Source: Octopus bimaculoides
Taxonomy: Eukaryota
Direction: 5' to 3'
Length of the DNA: 64,000 nucleotides
Assembly: GCF_001194135.2 (NCBI RefSeq)
Contig: NC_068997.1
Span: 1,176,777-1,240,776 of the forward strand
The notes below the pieces were generated by a model that was not told the DNA's origin, ran no database searches, and saw only the letters and a program-made list of their open reading frames with translations. Each line of letters starts with the position of its first letter. Position 1 is the stretch's first letter. Made by a program: the position numbers and the translations under genes. Positions 24,658-35,995 of the stretch are shown piece by piece.

Positions 24658-24870
24658 ATAGTAGTAGTAGTAGTAGTAATAGCAATAGTAATGGTTTCAA
24701 ATTTTGGTACAAGACCAGCAACTTAAGGGAAGGGGGCTAGTCGGTTCAACTGGCACTTATTTTATCGACCCCGAAAGGATGAAAGGCAAAGTCAACCTTT
24801 GCGGAATTGAACTCAGAACGTAAAAGCGGACGATAAGCCGCTAAGCATCCGGTCATCTCGCCGCCACTGC
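24185..24870 (-). mobile_element. Three tandem SINE-A copies (24185-24326, 24355-24542, 24695-24866) with microsatellite spacers
   Basis: Three repeats of the family A motif set; an (ATT)n(AGT)n spacer at 24543-24690. Confidence 0.88.
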
Positions 24871-25959
24871 AGTGGCAATACATTAGGTTAACCACGTTTC
24901 ATGTGTGGGATGTGTTCTCTAGTATTGTTTGAACGTTTAGAGGGCTGAAGTTTCATAAAAATACTGATGGCTGTGCAATCCTCGATCCATTAGCTTCTTA
25001 TGTTTATAACAAAGCAAGTCTAGTAAATTTGATACAAATAACGAAGTGAATGGAACTGGAATTCCAAATGGAGGTCCATCATTACGTGTCGTTAGTTTGA
25101 TGGTTATGAGGCGCAACCCGATGTAGTCCAGCTATTTCAAAGGACTTAGGTGATAATGTGGTTATTGTGAAATGTCAAAACCCTGTATCGCGAGTTGGGT
25201 AAAAGGGTCTTATTTGATGTAATGGAACAAAGAGTTTGTCAGAAAGTTTAGGCACTTAGGAAAATGAATTGGTTGACTGAATTAGAAAACGAAGAATAAA
25301 GCAAAGGGTAGCCTTTGGGTATGAAGTCGAGGTATTCCGACGGCAATGTAGAACAAGACAGTGATGATGATGAAGGGATGAAAGTAACCGAGAATAGAGA
25401 CGATATATTAAGGAAATATGATAATGAGTTAAGTGAAGATGATTAAATAACAGTGATAGAGATAGCTGAAACATTGGCTTTGGTGCGTATAAATGTTTGA
25501 AAAATGCTGGAAGATGTAGACTGAATGAAATTACGAAGAAGATTAATGGAGTCATCAATTACATTACCACAAACGTTGAAACAGAAACACAGTTTGTTAA
25601 GAGCTACGACTACATATGTAGCAAATAAGATAAAACTGAAAGATACAAGGAAGAAAATAAAATGGAATGAACAGTGGTAGAAAAGCAGGATATTAAGAAA
25701 TATAGAGATAGAGAGAACAAACATTAATGTTTTGGAAAGAAAAAAAGTTCTTTTGAAATATAAGGGGAATTTTACTGAAATAAATAGGAAGTACAGCATA
25801 AAACATATAAAGAAAAACATCTACTAATGGCTAGGGAAGAAATAAAACAGGTTTGCGAATGTAGTTACAGCAGGAGTTAAATGGAAATATCAAAGGAGTT
25901 TTAGTTCTATGGGTGGAAAAGACCACGAGCTGTCTACAACAACAACAATAATAATAACA

Positions 25960-26197
25960 ATCCGTTCTACTAAAGGAACAAGGCCTGAAATTTTGAAGAG
26001 AGAGATAGTCGATTACATCAACCCTAGTACTCAACTGGTTCTTATTTTATCGATCCCAAAAGGATGATAGGTTAAGTCGACCTTGGTGGAATCTGAACTC
26101 AGAAAGTAAATGCGGACGAAATGCCACTAAGTATTTTGGCCGGCGTGCTAACGATTCTCCCAGCTCTCCGCCTTACAATAATAATAGTCATGATAAT

Positions 26198-26263
<66 letters not shown>

Positions 26264-26749
26264 CCTTTCTATTAAAGGCACAAGGCCTGAAATTTTTGGG
26301 GGAGGGAACTAATCAATCACATCGACTCCAGTGTTTCACTGGTACTTAATTTATCGACTCCGGAATGATGGAAGGCAAAATCAACCTCGGTGGATTTGGA
26401 ACTCAGAACGTAGCGACGGTCGAAATACTGCTAAGCATTTTGCCCGGCCTGCTAACGATTCTGCCAGCACGCCGCCTTACTGATAATGGTAACAACAACA
26501 ACAACAACAACAAAAACAACAACAACAACAATAATAATCTTTTGTCTTCTAGGCACAACGCCCGACATTTTGGGGGTGGGGTGAGTCGATTAGATCGATC
26601 CCAGCACGCAACTGGCACTTAATTTATCGACCCCGAAAGGACGAAAGGCAGAGTCGACCTCAGCGTAATTTGAACTCAGAACATAAAGATAGACGAAATA
26701 CCGTTGAGCACTTCGCCTGGCGTGCTAACGTTTCTGTCAGCTCGCCGAC

Positions 26750-26750
<1 letters not shown>
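25960..26750 (-). mobile_element. Three head-to-tail SINE-A copies (25960-26175, 26265-26478, 26545-26750) separated by (AAT)n/(AAC)n
   Basis: Each unit runs from ttctactaaagg..caaggcctgaaattt to gccagctcgccgcctt, followed by aataataat on the plus strand. Confidence 0.92.
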
Positions 26751-26804
<54 letters not shown>

Positions 26805-26809
26805 TATTA

Positions 26810-29430
26810 TTTTTTCTTTATTGGCCACAAGGGCTAAACACAAACAAAAAGGATAATGCAAGACATGGGATAAGTGAAGTTTAGCACAAAAACATGTGTA
26901 TACAATAGAAGCAGTAACAATTAACCAAATTTAAACAATAAAATTCTCACCAAAGACGTGATTTCCACCCATGATTTCCAAAGGATCCTACATATCCTGG
27001 TTACCCCGATCGTCAAGGGCACTCCTGGCAAGCACTTCATCCCCTCCCGCCTACAAGCTTATGTTCAGTGTACGCCCATTCATGTGATCCATCCTCGCCA
27101 CAATCACACACCTTTCAACAAAAATACTGGGTTGGCGGGCAGCGCTTCTCTCTCTACTCTCCTTTTCCTTTTCAAGTAGAACTTGAAAACGTCGATGAGG
27201 GCTCGGTCGAAGAGGAAAGTATCTACCTTCAATACTTTCAACCTCTCTTTCGCCATAGCCACGAAACAGGGGAAAACTGCCTGCCCTTCCCGGTTAAAAG
27301 AACACATCTGTTCGACAAAGCTCCTCGAGTTAACGATGCCCGGTTACTGGACGAGTGCATGCAGAACGGTTTCATCGCACTGCGCACATCTCGGACAGGT
27401 CCACCTGACAGCACTTCCGTGCCTGTTGAGCTTGTATGAAACTGGCAGATAACCCCGGTAGCATTGTCAGCTCACCAGGGATTTTTGGAAATTAGCCATT
27501 GGCCCGGGACCGAAATTCCTCCGGAAATGACCAGCTAATTGATCTATTTCGACGTCCAGAGTTTCCCCGAGGACGTAGCTGCTCTTACCCGCCGCTAATT
27601 CCCTATAGAACTTCCACAGAAATCGGATGAGCGAGCATTTCAGCTTGTTCATCCACGAAGTAGGGCAAGGGATTTCGGTAAGATGGTAGTAAATGATGGA
27701 AGCGATGTACAACGTAGTCTTCATACTTAGCATTGAAGAATTGATCAATAGCCAATCTCGTCACCAGCTTCTAAGTGCTTCTTCTAGCTTGGTAACTAGG
27801 TCTCCTTCTATTCTAGATTCTTCTAACACCATTTCTTTACTAAACCCTAACGTCTCTACTCTAATAGCCCTCTTCAAGACTGTCCACCATAGGTTGTTGT
27901 CGATTGCACCCGACAACTTCCGATGGACTAACTCGTTAACCCGGTCTTTGAATGCTTTACGCGCCGGGAAAGACGCATTCAGCGTTTTCCAGTATCTTGG
28001 GCTCTTCCTATGGATCCTATCTATAGATCCCAATTTTGTGATCTGTGCAGTTTCCAACTTATGCTACTTCTGTCTACAAACCAACAAATTGCTCTATCTA
28101 GATTCAATCTGGAAGACCCGATACTGTTTGCCCATGTCCTCACTGTCGCTGTTGGAAAATTCTGTTGGTATCTGTCATCCAGTTGGAAGTGACTGAGCAG
28201 GTTTGTGAGCATTTTACGCCTACCTCTCCAATCGGCTATCCCCATCCTATCCAGATATGCATCCAAGACGGCGTTCCATCGCCACTGGCACTAAAGTGAG
28301 AGATGTCCCAAGGAAAACCTCCGAACGTCTACAAAAATCTGCCTGCCCGCACCAGTCGGGGTGTACACAGCCACTTGTCTAAAGCACTACCGTCGATGTT
28401 GCTCACATCCAGGATAACCAACTTACCGTCCAGATGCAGAAAGATCGTCCTTACCACGAGATCCAGAGGTTTTATGAACAGCACTACCACCCTGCCTCGC
28501 CTTCCATTCCAGGTGGAGCCGAAGGTGTGTAGATCTTAAAGCCCTAAAAAATGGGGGCTAGTGTGTGCGTGTCAGAAACCCTGATCTAATTGGCGGCTAT
28601 CACATTTAGCTGTAACGACCTGAGTTCGATAAGCAAGCGACCTTACTTCTAGGACCACCCCAGGCCATGTACATTTTACAACTTACTCCAATAATCACCA
28701 TGTTGGCCGCAAAGCGTTGAAAGGAAAGGAGTGTGTTACTTATCCTCTCGGTGCTGTTGGTTGGTTTGACCGACCTCAGAATCTGGTTGGAGTTCTCAGG
28801 GAAACCTCTTTAAAAGTCTGCTGGTGGAATTTATATTAGGGGTTCCCATGTAGTAGGTTCCTAATGTTTCTGTATATCTTGTGGCACATTAAATCTTCTG
28901 GCACTTTAAAAGTGCTAATGTCGCAAAGTGCACTCCTCGCTTGATATCTATATTTCGTGTACTGAGAGCCATCAGTTCTTCGTTGGCTCTCCTCATAAGC
29001 AGAACATCTGGTGTCTGCGTGACTGACTCATATTGTGTAAGCTTTCTTTTGTGGACGAGGTGGGGTGGTGATAGTGTTGGTAGTAGCGGTGGCTGTATTA
29101 ACAGCTGTGGAGCTGGTGGGGGTTGGTGTTATCTTCGCTGTGTCTGTGTTTGTCGTGAGAGCGTTTCCTGTGTTTTCTGGTGTGAGTGTTGGTTTGAGGC
29201 TAGGTGTTTTTTCCTGTGTCACTTCTTTTCTTTTCTGATTTTGGGGGTTCTTTCTCGTCTTTGAGATGTAGAGAAACCAGTGTCTATAGAATCGCTCGGG
29301 GTGTGGGTGTGTATTTGTTTGTGTGAGTGTGTATTTGAGAAAGGGAGAGTGTGTGTTTGAGAAGTGCGCTGGGTCGTTCTTTCCGTTGTTTTTCTAGTTG
29401 ATGTTCGTGGTAACACTGGAGTTGCTGGGG
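26810..29430 (-). mobile_element. Tx1-like (L1 clade) non-LTR element, decayed, with ORF1 remnant, APE endonuclease and C-terminal zinc-finger region but no RT domain
   Basis: Minus strand: NVHGLGW..GRLLIELRSLQLNVIAA (APE start, ~28680), AVYTPTG, WNAVLDAYLDR, YWKTLNASF, NLWWTVLKRAIR, then IASIIYYHLTEIPCPTSWMNKLKCSLIRFLW, CPRCAQCDETVLHAL, FKFYLKRKRRVER; AATAAA at 26822-26817 then an A-rich/(ATT)n tail. Confidence 0.85.
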
Positions 29431-29439
29431 GTGTCTCAA

Positions 29440-30180
29440 CAGGAAGAAATTCCGCTAAGCATTTGTGCAAGTTCCCTGCCCGCCCACATTTCTTATTGTC
29501 AGTTCCTTCTCCTACTGGCACAAATGTTGAAATTTGTGAGGGAGAACTAGTAAATTATATCGATTCTATTAATTGACTGGTATTTTATTTTATCGAGTCC
29601 GAAAGAATGAAAGGCCAAGTCGCCCTCGGCGGAATTTGAACTCAAAAGGAAATGAATCAAGAACTGTCGCTAAGCCTTTTGTTCGACGCTCTAACAATTC
29701 TGTTAAGTCGCCACCTTTACTGAAGGTGGTCCCAATCATAATAATGATTTCAAGCTTTAGCATTAGGCTAGCAGTTTTAGGAGAGTAGTAAGTCGATTGC
29801 ATCCACCCCAGCGTTCAACTGGTACTCTCTTATCTTATCAACTCCGATAGAATGAAAGGCAAAATCCACCCCAGCGGAACACAAAGACGGACGAAATCCC
29901 GCAAAGCATTTTCCCCGGTGGGCTAACGATTCTGTCGGCTCGCCGCTTTAGCTCGTAATAGTAGTATTAACCCTTTCTATCATAGGCGCAAAACCTAAAG
30001 TTTTGGAGAAGGGGTCAAGTCGACCTTAGTGATCAACTAATACTTATTTTATCAACCCTGAAAGGGATAAAAAGTAAAGTCGACCTCGGTGGCATTTGAA
30101 CTGAGAATGTACAGCCAGAAGAAATGTTGCTAAACATTTTTCCCAGCGAGCTAACGAACCTGCCAGTCCGCTGCCATAAT
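29440..30180 (-). mobile_element. Array of SINE-A copies (head fragment 29440-29480; 29505-29720; 29750-29950; 29975-30178)
   Basis: Repeated family A motifs in one orientation with short AAT/AGT spacers. Confidence 0.85.
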
Positions 30181-31149
30181 AATAACAACAACAACAACAA
30201 TAAAGATGATGACAATGATGATAACCAGTGAAATAGCTTCTATGTTATACAGGAATTTCTTTTTGAAATTGTAAGTTACTTTACAGCATACTCATAATGC
30301 CGCTAAACTTCTCACCTTTCTCACTCACCCACGCTCTCTTTTCCAAGAACTCTTTTCATTTAACTATATTGTTCAAAAATGGCTGCATTCTGAGTTCCTT
30401 TTTGATATATTTTAACGCTTTATTTATTCACATCTGTTCTTTCTTTTATCAAATATTTTTTTCATTCCCTGATTAGGAATATTCACTTTCTAACAATTAT
30501 TTCAATGATATTTTTTTTCTCAAAATCTCAAGTCTCAGTTTATCTCTTTTCATTTGAAAAATACATATTTACTATCATTCCTCTCGTGTCTTCTCCATTT
30601 CACCCAGCAGGCAACCGACCTATTCTACATCATAATTCCAAGTCGTTAATATAAGAATATCAGCAATACAATTATTTTGACCTATTGTCTCAGACATTCT
30701 CTGACAAATTATGAAACTTCATTTTTATATTTCTTAATAGCATTGACTTGAAAAACAAAATGGTATTTCTTTTGTTAGACACTGCCCTTTCATATCTCGA
30801 GTGTCTTTCTGATTGCTCATATTTCTCTACTCTCCTCACCTCTCTTTTTCTCAGTCGTTTTTTTCCATTCTTTCTTTCGTTTTTTTTCCTGCCTTCACTG
30901 GTTTTGATTGGAATCTGATTGTTCTCATTATCATCTTTTATAAAACCATTTATATTCAGCGTTCATTGATTTTATTTTCTTTGTTCTACTCCGTATATTG
31001 ACCTCTTTAATACGTACAAATACACTGCATACGCATGCACACATCGCATACACACGCACACCTGTAATCAATATATTCAATAACACACACACACGCACAC
31101 ACAGGCACACACACTCACACATACATTATTTATATTCATGTATCTTTTA

Positions 31150-31347
31150 TCTTTCACTCGTTCCAGTCTTTAGACTGCGGCCATGCATGGGCACTGCGTC
31201 GAAGAATTTTAAGTGAATGAATCGACCCCAGGACTTATTTTTTGAAGACTAGTACTTATCCTATCGTTCTTTTTTTTGCCGAACCGCTATGTTACGGGAA
31301 CGCAAATATACCAGCTGCAGTTGTTAAACAGTGGCGGGAGACAAAAC

Positions 31348-31387
<40 letters not shown>

Positions 31388-31520
31388 CCGTCTACCAAAC
31401 CACTGACACGCATTTGGTCGGCCCGAAGCTATAGTAGAAAGCGCTTGTCCAAGATACCGTGCAGTGGGACTGAACCCGGAGTCTTGTAGTTCGGAGGCAA
31501 ACTTCCTACCACTCAGGTAT
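31150..31520 (-). mobile_element. SINE family B with internal (CA)n
   Basis: cagtctttagactgcggccatgc...gaccccaggactt...gccgaaccgctatgttacggg...ggtcggcccgaagctatagtagaa..cttgtccaagataccgtgcagtgggactgaacccgg. Confidence 0.88.
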
Positions 31521-33614
31521 TCGTATATTTATATTGTAAAATTCGGTTTGGCTACGTTTCATCCGGCTGATGGCTATGTATGCATATATTATGAAAGTGA
31601 CTATGCATATTTTTGCATCTTTGTGTACACACCCCATATATACAATTGCATTGTTCCCTAAGTATGGGCGCGTGTGCGCGTGCTGCAATATTCTCATCGG
31701 TTAGCATTGTTATGTTCCGAGTAAGCTCAGTTCTGTCTATCGTGCTATGAAGTCGACGTTCATCATTGAAGCGGCGAAGTTACCCCCCTTTACCGGATGT
31801 CGTCTGCTTCAGATTGTTCTCTTCGTTCTTTCTTTGACGTGGTTTACTTTCTTAGGAATATATTTCTCTCTGCATTTCTATTGCTATTATTCACTGCTAA
31901 TAAAAACGACGTTATCGTCCACACGAAGATCGCATGTGCAGGTTTTACAATTTCAGTGTTATCCTGTATTTAAGGTTTAAGTTTTATTTTTAGAATTTTA
32001 TTCAGATTTAAAGGGATAGACATACAGATAGATGCATAATAAGGGAGTTATCTTTATATCTACTCTATTGTTTTCGGGCTCGATTCCATGGGGCGGTGCA
32101 TTTTCTATTGTTTCAGTGTGATCAATGGTTTTAAGTGGAATTTAGTAGACAAAAACTGTGCATTCATGCATACATGTGTGTTTCTGTCTCTCTCGATGTG
32201 CATTTGGCAGCGTACATAGAGCATCAGGGTATATATGTGTAAGTATATATGCGCTTAGCCATTCGGAAAATAGAGATAAATAAAATTAAAAGTGCACTGG
32301 AATATGTATTAGAGTCGCTACAATGCACTAAATACTTCTGGAAGTAGCATGGCAGCAGCTTAATGAGAGAAACCAGAAACAGAGTAAAAGAATCAGATTA
32401 GTTTTTGTAACTGGGAATCTCAATCGATCTCATCTGCCGATTGTAACAAAGTTATAGGAATTAGGAATTGAGAAATGAGATTTGAATTTAAAAAGAGAAA
32501 ATCACTGCCCTAATTACTAAATAACTAAATAGTATATTACATATAGGGGTCTCTACCTAACGCATTACTCTCTAATAGTTGATCTTGATAGCTGTATATA
32601 TTCTGCCGTTATTGTAATCGCAAGACGACTAATTTTAATTGATATTACTACAGTAATTAGGAGGGAGATCATTAACATTATACCCGTAATGAGGAAGGGA
32701 ATCATTAACGTAGGGAGACAACCCAGAGTTTAAATTAATTTTAATTAAATAAATTGCTGTGGTGTCAGTGCCTGATGTTTTATGTGGTAAAGATTTACTG
32801 CTATAAAGGGAGCTAATGTAACTAAATCTCAATTACGAAGCAGGTACAAAGAGACAAGGGAGAGCTGAACAGCGGAAGGTCTTCAGAAAAGAAACACTTC
32901 TCATGTAAGTGTTTTGGCCCCTTACGCCTAACACTGTAAGGGGGCCGGGCTGCATCAAATAATGATCCTTGATACCCATTCTTTGCCAGCATTGCAACCC
33001 TCTCTCCGTTATTAAATTAATAATTTGTTCTTCTGTTCACGAGTTTAATTTTAATTAGTTTTTTAACCTACTATATTAAATATGTTAGCATCAAGTTTAC
33101 TACTTGTTTTACAAGCTACAGACATCTCTGAGTCAATTTCTCCGAGTAACTTTCATGTATTACTCGATATTTGCAGACGTTTTCTTATAAGTTAAAGGAG
33201 GGACTGTGACCATGATAATTTAAACATCTTCCAAATTACCGAGGGCGATTTTAGATGGTTGCCTTATGAGAGGAAGAAGGATTATGAATAGTGATTGCTG
33301 TTTTATAATATTGTATTGAGTGAAAATCGACCAGGCTTCAATCAGTGAAATCACAGTGCAAGTTGCTTTATTTGAAAGTAACGAAAGTGAAATCAAACCA
33401 TTCGTAAACTGGGTACGCAGCGCTATTATGTTTGACTTGCAGAACATAAAAATTGGATTATAAATTCAAACGTTACTATTTTGTCACTGGACTTTAAACA
33501 TGTTTGAAAAGATTTTATCAGTAACAAATGTAAAATATTTAGGCACAGAAAAAAAAAACATTTCATATTCATACAGACCAACGTTCAATATAATATCCTT
33601 TGATATAAGTACAT

Positions 33615-33805
33615 AATCTAAAATATTTGAGGAGGGGTAGTAAATTATATCGACCCTAATACTTGATTGATACTCGTTTTATCAACCCCAAAAGAATGAA
33701 AGGCAAAGTCGACTTCAGAGGAATTTGAACTCAGAACTTAAAGCCGGAAGAAATACCGCTAAGCATTTAGCCCGGCGCTCTTATCCTGCCAGTTCGTCGC
33801 CTTAA
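33615..33805 (-). mobile_element. SINE family A
   Basis: gaaaggcaaagtcgacttcagaggaatttgaactcagaac...gaaataccgctaagcatttagcccggcg...gttcgtcgcctt. Confidence 0.88.
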
Positions 33806-34442
33806 TGTTCTATAAAATATCGATTTAGGATTGCAGTCGATTATATCGTATATAAACGTTCAATACTAGAGTAGCTAATAAATGGCGACACTAATTGTTG
33901 TAAAAGTGTTATGATTTAAGTGAATCCTTCGGTATGTAACTGATAATGAATGTTATCAACCTCGGCAGAGGTTGACTTCAGTATCTCTATAGACGTGTTT
34001 AAATAAAAACATTAAAAAAACTTGTTATTACGTCACTAATATTTCTCCGATACTGGAATATAAAGTTTCAGCCGAAAACTGGAACAAACCATTCCAAACA
34101 CTGAAAATTGTTTTAATTTTCTCGTATATTTTAAAGGCCGCAATAAAACACCAGAGAAAATTCAATCAGGTGAAAGCACCTGCGTCTTAACGTTAGTTAA
34201 CGATTTCTTTAAGACCTGACGCTTCGCCGATTGTTCTGTTATTTCACAAAGAGAATCTAGTTGTATATCTTTTAACCTCTATTTCTATGCTTCCATCCGA
34301 GATGTTTCTCATTTCCGATATTAAGGGAAATATTTGAATTCCAAAACATTAGAAAAATATCAAAGTGTAGTATGTTATTTCATGAGAAAGGGTTCCAATC
34401 CTGTAGCGGTCGTTACCCAGTCATTCATCTAATGTTCTGTAG

Positions 34443-34509
34443 GTTGGCTTGTACTTTTATCATCTCGAACTTGTCGAGTTGAAAGATTCTCCGTACACCG
34501 ACCTGAATG
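34443..34509 (+). CDS. Candidate 67-nt coding exon (phase 0-1): VGLYFYHLELVELKDSPYTDLN(G)
   Basis: Branch-like ctaat plus gttctgtag acceptor; donor ATG|gtaaag; in-frame stop immediately upstream on the intron side. Confidence 0.35.
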
Positions 34510-34861
34510 GTAAAGACTTCTGTTCTGTTATAATATTAATCCCTTTACTTCTAACAATATTTGTAATTCTATACGAACACAAAAGTTCAAATAGAATTGA
34601 CCCCAAAATGATAATACCTATTTAAAAGTGAGCACACTGATAACATTTCACTTAGAATGGCTTACATTGATTAAGCAGTATTAAATGGACGTAGTGTATA
34701 GAAAATGCCTAAATCCAGCGCAGCAGGTGGCCAGCTCATAGATTACACTGGGTAACACGATTTTTGTCCTTGGGTAGCAACTGTTATTACCTCTTTGCTT
34801 AACCCCACAAAGTATGAAAAATCGTTAACATTCTTTTTAAAGCTTGATTTTCTTACATTTA

Positions 34862-35026
34862 TTCAAAATCCAAAGAATTCCTCTCAACACATGGCTATGA
34901 TGCTTCCCCACTACTCCTGCTCATGACCAGAGGTGCACATATTATCAGCCACTAAGGGACATGCTCAAGTGGTTAAGATCAAGTGACAAGCAAATCTTTC
35001 GTATTGAGCAGAATATTTGCTGTGAC
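34862..35026 (-). mobile_element. Unclassified interspersed repeat, family E (partial)
   Basis: ctctcaacacatggctatgatgct.cccactact.ctgctc.tga.cagag.tgcac.tat..tcag.cactaagggacatg shared with 46400-46560. Confidence 0.8.
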
Positions 35027-35995
35027 CAGCGGTAGGCACGGTTCCGTTAAGCCGCTAACAGCTAATTAGCGAAGCTAACTTTCCGTTTAGCAGATTAGCG
35101 TTTTCGCTAATTTTGGAAACTGTCAGCAGACCAATTAACTTCCGCTAAATTTAGTTCCTCTAACTTTAAATCCGATAACAAAATTCATACGTCTGTTCCT
35201 GTCTGTTGTGGGCATGTCTCGAAAAGTTCGTCAGAAACGCTATTGGCTGACTGCGTGTACACGTGACAAGACGTGATTGGTCGACGCAGCAGCAGTTAGC
35301 TGAGCAGCATCGTATAATTCTGTAGTGTTGAGTTGTGTTCACTTACGACGTTGTCACATTACAGACAATCTTGCAGTGTCAGCGATAGCAATGTACGTTA
35401 TCGGCTTATCAAGTTATTGCTTATCTTTATGGAAGATGAAGACATTTTTGTTCGGCCTGAAAATGAAGTGCCTGTTGAGGAATCTGCAACGGCTGTGGGT
35501 GAGGCAGAGTTCGCTGAGGTTGAGAGTTAGGAGTCTCAGAACCCGTGGCCCAACCTGGAGGACTACTTTGTCCTTACATCAAGGGATAAGAGAAATGGCA
35601 AAATCCTGTACTTCCGGTGCATCATGTGTCATCTAAGGAGCCCACTATCGAGGGACAAGCGATGGCCCCTACAGCTAGAAGTCGCATGTCATGAGGAAAC
35701 ACCCAGTGCATGCCATCCAGTTTGAGTAGCGGATCAAGACCGGTTCTTCCCGTGGGAAACACAGGGAATCTTCTGGTAGCAGTGACAATAGCCAGTCGTT
35801 ACAGCCATGCGCAAAGAAAGCAAGTCAGCCGAGGTGTTTGCCAAAACTGCTGGCACTGGCGTCCATCAGATTGTAGGCCAGTTTGTCGATAACATGCTAC
35901 CGCTGCATGTAGTGAAGTCCTGGTCTAGACGCTGAATCCTAGGAAGACGTCGATGCCCCGCCGCACCCTAGGCAAGATGATTTCGGCCAACCATA
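35027..35995 (+). mobile_element. Left part of a hAT-like DNA transposon with subterminal repeats and a decayed BED-finger-like transposase N-terminus
   Basis: Starts cagcggtaggcacggttcc; many gctaa/ttagc subterminal motifs (35050-35180); ORF remnant MEDEDIFVRPENEVPVEE..NPWPNLEDYFVLTSRDKRNGKILYFRCIMC; right end not found. Confidence 0.6.

Noticed and set aside
25200-25850. Strongly purine-skewed tract (similar at 13200-13400 and 44200-44750)
   Set aside because: Degenerate low-complexity sequence; its ORFs are compositional artefacts.
24185-30180. CRISPR-like appearance of repeated ~210-bp units with spacers
   Set aside because: Eukaryotic SINE copies with microsatellite spacers; unit size and divergence are incompatible with CRISPR and there are no cas genes.
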